Below, piece by piece: positions 56,812 through 64,000 of a DNA stretch of 64,000 nucleotides. The stretch is from Alphaproteobacteria bacterium. Lineage in GTDB: Bacteria > Pseudomonadota > Alphaproteobacteria > MPNO01. Position 1 is the stretch's first letter. Each line of letters starts with the position of its first letter. The notes under the pieces are model-generated. The model did no database searches. It was not told the DNA's origin and saw only the letters and a list, made by a program, of their open reading frames with translations. A program made the position numbers and the translations under genes. The DNA is taken from positions 288,001-352,000 of the forward strand of contig OZ219865.1 in the NCBI GenBank assembly GCA_964291675.2, given 5' to 3'.

Positions 56812-57644
56812 TGAACCGCGAACACCTCACCCTGTACGGGCTCAAGTGGAACCCGTTCGCCCCTGACCTCCCGGTCGACAGCCTGATGGCGACTGGCGCC
56901 GTCGACAGCTTCTGCCTCAGGATCGAACGCCATCTCGTGCGCCACGGCGGCTTCGCACTGATCGCCGGAGAGCCCGGAACCGGAAAGAGCGTTGCCCTGC
57001 GCCTGCTCGCCCACCGGCTCGGGCGATGCGACGGGCTCAGGGTCGCCGCCATCACCCACCCGTCCTCGAGACTGTCGGACTTCTACCGCGAGATCGGCGA
57101 GCTGTTTGGCGTCGACCTGCTGTACAACAATCGCTGGGCCAGCTTCAAAAACCTGCGCCAGCGCTGGCTCGCGCATCTCGATGACACCCGCATGCGCCCG
57201 GTGTTGCTCATCGACGAGGCCCAGGAACTGCTGCCCTCGGTGTTCTCCGAGATCCGCCTGCTCGCGTCGACCGACTTCGACTCGCGCGCCATCCTCTCCG
57301 TCGTCTTCGCCGGTGACAACCGCCTGCTCGACCGGCTCCGCCAGCCCGACCTGCAGCCCATCGCCTCGCGTATCCGACAGCGTCTGCTGATGACCCGGAC
57401 CGAGGACGCCGACCTGGCCGGCCTGCTCGACCATCTGCTCGAAGAGGCCGGCAATCCGGCGCTGATGACCGCCGGGCTCAGGGACACCCTCGTCACCCAT
57501 GCCGCAGGAAACCCCAGGGCACTCACCGTCATGGCTGATGCCGTGCTCGCAGCCGGTGCCGAGAAGGATCGCGAGGTGCTCGACGAGAAGCTCTTCATCG
57601 AGACCCTCGGCGAGGCACCGCCAGCCAGGCGGGCCCGGCGATGA
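56811..57644 (+). CDS. ExeA/TnsC-like AAA+ ATPase
   Basis: 'LYGLKWNPF', 'GEPGTGKS', 'LLIDEAQ', 'GNPR'; TGATG coupling. Confidence 0.9.
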   Translation: MNREHLTLYGLKWNPFAPDLPVDSLMATGAVDSFCLRIERHLVRHGGFALIAGEPGTGKSVALRLLAHRLGRCDGLRVAAITHPSSRLSDFYREIGELFGVDLLYNNRWASFKNLRQRWLAHLDDTRMRPVLLIDEAQELLPSVFSEIRLLASTDFDSRAILSVVFAGDNRLLDRLRQPDLQPIASRIRQRLLMTRTEDADLAGLLDHLLEEAGNPALMTAGLRDTLVTHAAGNPRALTVMADAVLAAGAEKDREVLDEKLFIETLGEAPPARRARR

Positions 57645-58630
57645 CCGGCTTCCCGACACGGCCACCGGCCGAACTCGAGGAGCGGCCGCGGGAGCGGCAG
57701 TGGCTGGTCGATGCCCTGTGGAGCGAACAGGGGGTCGGCATCGTCGGCGGCGAGCCCAAGTGCGGCAAGTCCTTCCTCGCGCTGGACCTCGCCGTCGCGG
57801 TGGCTGCAGGAGTGCCCTGCCTGCGCCACTTCCGCCCCGCGGCAAGCGGCACCGTGTTGCTCTTCGCCGCCGAGGACGCCGGTCACATCGTGCGCGACCG
57901 CCTCAAGGGCATCGCCCGGGCCGCCGGCGCCGACTTCGAGGCCCTCGACATCGCCGTCATCGACGTGCCCACGCTCCGCCTCGATCATCGCCTCGACCGG
58001 CAGCGGCTGCTGGAGACCGTCGAACGGATCGGACCGCGCCTCCTCGTCCTCGATCCCCTGGTCCGCCTGCATGGCGTCGACGAGAACGCGGTTGCGGAAG
58101 TCGCTCCCATCCTCGGCTTCCTGCGCGACCTGCAGCGCCGCTTCGGGACCGCTGTGCTGCTCGTCCACCACGCTCGCAAGAGTGGCGCCAGCCGCCCCGG
58201 CCAGGCGCTGCGCGGCAGCAGCGAGCTGCATGCCTGGGGCGACAGCAATCTCTACCTGCGCCGGCGCGACGGGCAGATCGTCATGACCGCCGAGCATCGC
58301 GCCGCACCCGGCCTCAACAATATCGAGATCGAGCTTGCCGATGACGGCGAAGGACCAGCGCTGCAGCTCCGGCGGACAGGACCTCACCAGGCTCCGCCGC
58401 AGCCGGACAGCGCCGAACAGCGGATCGCCCAGGTGCTCGCGACAGCCGAATCCCCACTCGTGCAGTCCGAGATCCGAAAACGCGCCGGGGTACGCAACGC
58501 GACTGTCTCCGCGGCACTGCACGGGCTTGTGCGCGAGGGACGGGTCGAGCGCGGGACGGGAGGTCGCTACCGCTTCCTCGGAACCGCGGCGAACCAAGCC
58601 GACAACCCGACGGACAGCCACAACCCGTAG
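57641..58630 (+). CDS. RecA-fold AAA_25/RepA-like helicase with C-terminal winged HTH
   Basis: 'GEPKCGKS', 'AAED', 'LVLDP', 'LVHHARK', 'LRGSS'; ATGA coupling. Confidence 0.82.
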   Translation: MTGFPTRPPAELEERPRERQWLVDALWSEQGVGIVGGEPKCGKSFLALDLAVAVAAGVPCLRHFRPAASGTVLLFAAEDAGHIVRDRLKGIARAAGADFEALDIAVIDVPTLRLDHRLDRQRLLETVERIGPRLLVLDPLVRLHGVDENAVAEVAPILGFLRDLQRRFGTAVLLVHHARKSGASRPGQALRGSSELHAWGDSNLYLRRRDGQIVMTAEHRAAPGLNNIEIELADDGEGPALQLRRTGPHQAPPQPDSAEQRIAQVLATAESPLVQSEIRKRAGVRNATVSAALHGLVREGRVERGTGGRYRFLGTAANQADNPTDSHNP

Positions 58631-58645
58631 GCGAAGCAGCCCCTC

Positions 58646-58699
58646 TTCCCGTTCCCGTTCCGGCGAACCCTTAAGCGTTGCAGGGAACGGGAACGGGAA
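58646..58699. repeat. Perfect 16-bp inverted repeat built from hexamer iterations
   Basis: TTCCCGTTCCCGTTCC-N22-GGAACGGGAACGGGAA. Confidence 0.85.
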
Positions 58700-58956
58700 C
58701 ACCAGCGCACAATGCCCCACGAAACTGCCTGAAGCGATCGGCCAATGGCCGAAAGCTCTGCTTACGGCCATGGCAGCCCTCTGGCGCGGGGACGGCGGCG
58801 GGTCACCCGAAGGGCCGTAGCGGAGCGAAGGAGCCGCGAAGCGGCTTGAAGCGCCGACGGCCTCGCGACACTCCCCGCCCGGCCTTCCTGCAAACGGCAG
58901 ACGATCCCCATCGAATAACGCGAAATCCGCACCATCAAACAACGTGCGCGCGCTCA

Positions 58957-59540
58957 ACCCGCACCGCGATGCGACCGCCCGCCGCCGCCACATGGCCAAT
59001 CCCGGCCGCCGTCGCATACCCCCGGTCGGCCAGGATGTGGTCGCCCGCGCGCACCGGAAACCGCGCCAGATACTCCGCGCTGCCCGCCCCGCGCGTCGGC
59101 GTCACCGCGAAGTAATCGCAGCGCAGCGAGGACAGGCACAGGCTGTAATGCACCCGCCACACAGAGCCCGTCCGCCCCGGCTCGCGCACCGTGGTGGCGT
59201 CGAACGCGCGCACCCGCAAGCCCGAACCCGGTCGCGAACCCGGCGGGCGCGCCAGGCCGCGCTCGCGAAACAGCGCAACGCACAGCCCGTGCAGCCAGTC
59301 CGACGATTTGCGAAGCCGCTTGAGCAGCGCAACGTCCGACAGATCCGCCAGACCCGCCTGGCGCGCCCGAACCGCCGTCTCGCGCAGCGAATGCCCGCAG
59401 CCCAGATGCAGCAGCAGAACCCGCAGCGCCGCCTGTGCCGACTTGTCCTTGCGCAGACCCTTCAACGCCCCGCTGGAACGGCCCAAATCCTCCCAGCCGG
59501 CCGGCAGAAACGACCGCAGAACCGCCCAGTCCTCGTCCAT
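58957..59540 (-). pseudogene. IS4 transposase, N-terminal half (interrupted)
   Basis: 'SLRE', 'LSDVALLKRL', 'FDAT', 'ADRGY' as in IS186-type enzymes. Confidence 0.9.
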
Positions 59541-59819
59541 CGCAGGTCTCCGAGCCCAAACACTCGGGAACCCTAGCCAAAATGACCGATCGAAACAAGT
59601 TAGCGCTTATGGGACTTGATCCGGGGGCCGCGCATGACGGGAGGAGGCATGGCGATGGGGCGGGCCGCGCCCGGCTCTCCACGCTCTCTCACCGCCACCC
59701 CCACCACGTCATGGCCGGACTTGATCCGGCCATCCATGCGGCGGCTCCGCCTGCACGGCGGTCCCACGAGAGGGGCGGCGCCGCCGGTGGATGCCCGGAT
59801 CGCCCCCCGGCCCCGGCGG

Positions 59820-60788
59820 TCAGCTCTTGGGCGGCCAGAGGCCGGCCTCCTTGTAGAACTTGATCGCGCCCGGGTGGTAGGGGTTCGAGTGCCGGGCCGC
59901 CATCTCGTCCGGCACCATGCGGTTGAACGGCCCGAAGGCGAGCGCCAGCGCCTTCTTGTTGTTGTAGAGCGTCTTGGTGGTCAGATAGACCACCTCGTCC
60001 GACACGTGCGCGCCGGTCACCAGGTAGAACTGCACCCGCATCATCGCCGTCGGCTCGACCACCCCGGTATTGGTCTTTTTGGGCGACACCACGTTGGGCT
60101 CGGCATAGGGCAGCACGCCGTGCATGCGCTTGGCGCCCTCGGGCGTCACGTCGAAGGTGATGTAGCGCCAGCCGTTGCTCATGGTGGCCATCGCCTTCTT
60201 GCCGGCGCCCGCATTCAGCGGGATATAGGCGGTGTCCACCTTGCCCTGGACCAGCGCGTCGATGCCGCGGATGAAGGTCGGCACCGGGAAGCGGCGCACG
60301 TCGTCGAAGCTCATCTCCCGGGTCGCCAGGATTCCGCCGGTGATGTAGTGGAAGATGCGCCCGCTGGTGTAGTCGGACGGCACCCGCTTGCCCTTCAGAT
60401 CGTCGATCTTGCGGATCGCCGAGTCCTTGGGCACGGCGAAGGTGCCGTTGATGCGGTACATCACGCCGAGATTGCGCAGCCCCGTGTTGGGCCTTCCGTC
60501 GAAGATCTGCGTCCCGTCATAGGCGAAGGCGATCTCGCCCTGGTTGGCGAAGCCGAAATCGAGCTTCTTGGCGTGGATCAGCGGCAGATAGGTCGAGGAG
60601 CCGCCATAGGGGGCGACCCGGAACTGCAGCTTGCCCTTCTGGGCCATCACCTTGGCCACGGCGGTCCCCGAGGCGAAGGCGAGCGAGCCCTGCGGGTTGG
60701 TGCCGACGCTGTAGGTCTGGCCGTGGGAAGCGGTGGCGGCGGCGAGCGCGGCGAGCCCCGCGACCGCCGCTGTGGTGAGCTTGTGCAT
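59820..60788 (-). CDS. TAXI-family TRAP solute receptor
   Basis: Signal peptide, 'GTNPQGS', 'DLKGKRV', 'PYHPGAIKFYKE'. Confidence 0.9.
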   Translation of the reverse strand: MHKLTTAAVAGLAALAAATASHGQTYSVGTNPQGSLAFASGTAVAKVMAQKGKLQFRVAPYGGSSTYLPLIHAKKLDFGFANQGEIAFAYDGTQIFDGRPNTGLRNLGVMYRINGTFAVPKDSAIRKIDDLKGKRVPSDYTSGRIFHYITGGILATREMSFDDVRRFPVPTFIRGIDALVQGKVDTAYIPLNAGAGKKAMATMSNGWRYITFDVTPEGAKRMHGVLPYAEPNVVSPKKTNTGVVEPTAMMRVQFYLVTGAHVSDEVVYLTTKTLYNNKKALALAFGPFNRMVPDEMAARHSNPYHPGAIKFYKEAGLWPPKS

Positions 60789-60827
60789 GGTTGTCCTCCC
60801 GTTTCGGTTATGCGTTGCGGAAATATC

Positions 60828-62762
60828 TCACTCGCCGGCCCCGGCCGCCGGGGTGTCCCGGAGCCGCGCGCGGCGCGACGCGAAAAGCTCGTGCGCGACG
60901 ATCGCCAGCCCCACCCCGGAGCCGGCGATGGCGGCGGTGCCTTCGAGCCCGAGCGCGGTGTCGGGCGTCATCGCGACCAGGCCGACGATGGCGAGCGCGA
61001 TGCGGCGCGCCGGGTCGAGCGGGCGCATGAAGTACCCCTCGACGGCGATCGCGACGAGGTAGACGCCGATCGTCGCCGTCGCCACGTTGATCGCGATCTG
61101 CCCCGCCTCGCCCTGCATGATCAGGGTGGGCGACAGCACGAACAGGAACGGCACCACATAGGCGACCCAGCCCAGCTTCATGGCCATGAACCCGGTGCGG
61201 GTCGGGCTCTCTCGTGAAAGTGTCGCCGCGGCGAAGGCGGCCAGCGCGATCGGCGGGGTGATCATCGACATCATGCCGAAATAGAGGATGAACACATGCG
61301 CGGCGAGCGGCAGCACCCCGGCCTCGACCAGCGACGGCGCGACCAGGGCGGCGAGCAGCACGTAGACCCCGGTGGTCGGCATCCCCATCCCCAGCAGGAT
61401 GCAGATGCCGGCCGCGATCAGCAGCAGCACCGCGAGCTGGTCGCCGCCGAGCTCGATCAGGAACAGGGTGAGCGCGAACCCGCCGCCGCTCAGATTGAGG
61501 ATGCCGATCACGAAGCCCGCGGCGGCGACGATGATGTTGAGCTCCACCATCGCGATGCCGGTGTCCCAGAACGTGGCGAAGAACTCGCGCAGGCGCAGCC
61601 GCTTGCCCTTGTAGGAGCGCAGCGCGCCGCCCACGGCGATGGTCGCCGCGGCGTAGAGCGCGGCGATCTCCGGCTCGGCGTTGAGCTCGAACAGCGCGTA
61701 GATCAGCACCGCGAAGGGGACGATGAAATGCCAGCCCTCCTTCAGCACGGTCCGCGCCCTGGGCAGCGATTCGGCGGCCGACGTGATGTCGTCGCGCGCC
61801 GCCACCAGGTCGACCTGGACGAACACCGCGAAGTAGTAGAGCAGCGCCGGTATCAGCCCGGCGACGATCACGTCGGTATAGGGCAGCTCCAGGAACTCGG
61901 CCATCAGGAAGGCCGCCGCGCCCATGATCGGCGGCATGAACTGGCCCCCGGTCGAGGCGATCGCCTCGATGGCGCCGGCCTGGACGCCGGTATAGCCCGA
62001 GCGCTGCATCAGCGGGATGGTGATCACCCCGGTGGTGGCGACGTTGGAGACCGCGCTGCCCGAGATCGAGCCGAACATCGCCGATGCGACGACCGAGATC
62101 TTCGCCGCCCCGCCCCGCCTGCGCCCCATGGTGGCCATCGCCAGGTCGGTGAAGAACTCGCCGCCGCCGGTCTTGAACAGGAGCTGGCCGAGGAAGATGA
62201 ACAGGATCACGATGGTGACCGAGACGCTCAGCGCCGCGCCGAGCAGCGCGCTCGGGTCGAAGCCGAGATAGATCGGCAGCTCGTCGATGCCGATCGAGCG
62301 GCCGGTCAGCGGCGCCGGCACCAGATGGCCGACCATCGCGTAGGCGATGAAGCCGAGCACGATGAAGAACAGGAAGAGGCCGGCGGTCCGCCTCAACGCC
62401 TCCATGACCAGCAACACGATGACGCTGCCCATGATCAGCATCTCCGGCGGGCCGAAGGGCTGCTCGCGCAGGAAATAGGCGTACCAGACGGCGATCGAGA
62501 ACAGCACGGCCGGCGCGATCAGCGCGAGGATCCAGTCGTACCAGGGCACCCGCCGGGACTTGCTCCGGTTGGCGCGGTTGAGCAGGAAGACCGTCGTGAG
62601 CGTGAGCCCGGCGGCCACCGCCAGGAACTGCTCCTTGTAGAGCGCGATGCCCAGATAGGACGGTATCTGCAAGGCGAGCACCAGGGAGAACAGGGTCATC
62701 ACCCCGGCGCATGCGCGCGCTGAGTAGAGCGCTAGCAAGCCATGTCCCTTCGCCCCCCGCAC
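60828..62762 (-). CDS. TRAP fused 4TM/12TM permease (start uncertain)
   Basis: 'GSISGSAVSNV..TG', 'ASTGGQFMPPIMGAAAF', 'LGMGMPT', 'ITPP'. Confidence 0.92.
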   Translation of the reverse strand: MRGAKGHGLLALYSARACAGVMTLFSLVLALQIPSYLGIALYKEQFLAVAAGLTLTTVFLLNRANRSKSRRVPWYDWILALIAPAVLFSIAVWYAYFLREQPFGPPEMLIMGSVIVLLVMEALRRTAGLFLFFIVLGFIAYAMVGHLVPAPLTGRSIGIDELPIYLGFDPSALLGAALSVSVTIVILFIFLGQLLFKTGGGEFFTDLAMATMGRRRGGAAKISVVASAMFGSISGSAVSNVATTGVITIPLMQRSGYTGVQAGAIEAIASTGGQFMPPIMGAAAFLMAEFLELPYTDVIVAGLIPALLYYFAVFVQVDLVAARDDITSAAESLPRARTVLKEGWHFIVPFAVLIYALFELNAEPEIAALYAAATIAVGGALRSYKGKRLRLREFFATFWDTGIAMVELNIIVAAAGFVIGILNLSGGGFALTLFLIELGGDQLAVLLLIAAGICILLGMGMPTTGVYVLLAALVAPSLVEAGVLPLAAHVFILYFGMMSMITPPIALAAFAAATLSRESPTRTGFMAMKLGWVAYVVPFLFVLSPTLIMQGEAGQIAINVATATIGVYLVAIAVEGYFMRPLDPARRIALAIVGLVAMTPDTALGLEGTAAIAGSGVGLAIVAHELFASRRARLRDTPAAGAGE

Positions 62763-62880
62763 GGGGAAGGCGGCCGCCGCGCCGCCCAGGGGTTCAGCCT
62801 AGCGGAACCCGCCCGGCGCCGCCAATCCCGGCGGCGGGGCGGGATTTTGCGCTTCGTCACGGTCGGGCCTGCCCCCCCTT

Positions 62881-63400
62881 CGTCATGCCCGCCCCCGGAT
62901 CGAGTCCGGGGGTGATCCGGGCACCCACTGGCGCCGCCGCTCCTTCCGACGGGGCGTTGTACCGGTGGCGCCAGTGGTTGCGCGGATCAAGTCCGCGCAT
63001 GGGTGGCCGGATCAAGTCCGGCCATGACGGGGTGGGGGTGGCGGTGGAGAAGCACGGGAGCCGGGGGCGGACCGCCCCGCCCGTGGGTGCCCGGAACGAG
63101 GCCGGGGTGACAACGGAGGGGCAGGGACGGCAAGCGCGGGCGTGCGGCGATCCGTGTCCCGATCCGGCGGATGCGCCGATATCCCGCCCGGAACAAGGCT
63201 TTGCGCCCGGTCCAGCTCATATAAGCCGGACAGCAGTGGATCAAGTCCGGGCATGACGGGGAGGGGGCACCCACTGGCGCCGCCGCCTCTCCCACCCGGT
63301 CGCTGTGCGCGCGGAGAGGCCGCATGGGTGGCCGGATCACCCCCGGATCAAGTCCGGGGGCCGGGCATGACGGGGTGGGGCGATCCGGGCACCCATGGGC
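62881..63400. repeat. REP cluster with an inverted, truncated MITE copy (left TIR ends 63238)
   Basis: Reverse complement of the 28816-type left end, followed by GATCAAGTC half-REP. Confidence 0.85.
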
Positions 63401-63406
63401 GCCGGC

Positions 63407-64000
63407 TCAGCCCCATTCCGCCAGCGCCGCCGCGCCGGTGCCGGCGATGCGGCCGGAGACGAAGCACTCGGCGATGTTGCCGCCCGACATGTAGAGATGG
63501 CCGAAGGCGCTGCCGAGCTCGCCCGCGGCATACAGCCTCGGGATCGGCGCGCCGAACACGTCGACGATCCGCTGGCGGCGGTCGTGCACCGGCCCGCCCT
63601 GGGTGTTGGACACCACCGGCCACACCGGGGCGCCGTAGAACGGCGGCTCGGCGACCGGCATCATGGTGCCCGGCGGGCGGCCGAAATCCTCGTCGCGCCC
63701 GGCCGCGCAGAGGGCGTTCCAGCGCGCGACGCTGCGCTCCACCGCATCGGGGTCGAGCCCGAGCGCCGCGGCGAGCCCGGCGAGCGTGCCGGCGCGGGCG
63801 AGAATGCCGGATTCGACCTCCGCCAGGTTGTCGGCGCTCCAGTCGAGGCGCAGCCCCCGGTCGTTCGATGTCGGCCGGCCGAGCGGGTAGAGCTTGCGCC
63901 CCGCCTCGTCGCAGACCAGGTAGCTCGGGATGCGCGGAAAATCCTGGCGCACGGTGTCGAAGAGCTGCATCTGGCGGTGGCCGGTGTCGTGGGTGTAGGG
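63407..64000 (-). CDS. FAD-dependent oxidoreductase (FAD_binding_2/KstD-like), C-terminal part
   Basis: 'DEDFGR', 'PPFYG', 'NTQGG', 'IPRLYAAGE', 'GRIAG'. Confidence 0.8.
   Translation of the reverse strand, partial: PYTHDTGHRQMQLFDTVRQDFPRIPSYLVCDEAGRKLYPLGRPTSNDRGLRLDWSADNLAEVESGILARAGTLAGLAAALGLDPDAVERSVARWNALCAAGRDEDFGRPPGTMMPVAEPPFYGAPVWPVVSNTQGGPVHDRRQRIVDVFGAPIPRLYAAGELGSAFGHLYMSGGNIAECFVSGRIAGTGAAALAEWG

Larger units (their letters stand above)
54548..58956 (+). mobile_element. 4,409-bp four-gene Mu/Tn7/IS21-like transposon
   Basis: TGAGC...GCTCA ends, 5-bp duplication ACCCG (54543-54547, 58957-58961), subterminal inverted TTGCARGAAGGCCG. Confidence 0.9.
53852..59611 (-). mobile_element. 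IS4-family, IS186/IS421-like insertion sequence (~1,346 bp when the nested element is removed)
   Basis: 17-bp TIR CATAAGCGCTAACTTGT at both ends; 11-bp duplication GGACTTGATCC (53841-53851, 59612-59622). Confidence 0.92.

Noticed and set aside
54548-58956. CRISPR-associated transposon or prophage
   Set aside because: No cas genes, array, clear TniQ, or virion genes within the bounded element

Overview
GC-rich alphaproteobacterial chromosome segment (Rhodospirillales-like is an inference from gene order). The backbone is the conserved xth-erpA-argS-SPOR-nagZ-scpAB-tatABC-serS-pcm-nlpD-yajC-secDF-trmFO-uvrA...ssb-gyrA-coaD region, with dgt and surE missing from their usual positions. It is interspersed with transport/catabolic genes, a GNAT-DUF1778 toxin-antitoxin pair and three perfect parS sites. 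Intergenic DNA is dominated by CGTC-type REP hairpins with a conserved GACTTGATC core. Main observations: (1) a 4,409-bp TG...CA element (54548-58956, 5-bp target duplication ACCCG) encoding a Zn-finger/HTH protein, a Mu-like DDE transposase, an ExeA/TnsC-like AAA+ ATPase and a RepA-like helicase followed by an origin-like hairpin. It sits inside an IS186-like IS4 element, which sits in a REP loop. (2) A ~415-bp MITE family (TIR CACTGCTGTCCGGTTTA, 9-bp duplication) that carries REPs, inserts into REP loops, has nested into itself and has apparently mobilised flanking DNA. Product calls come from motif recognition only; no database searches were run.
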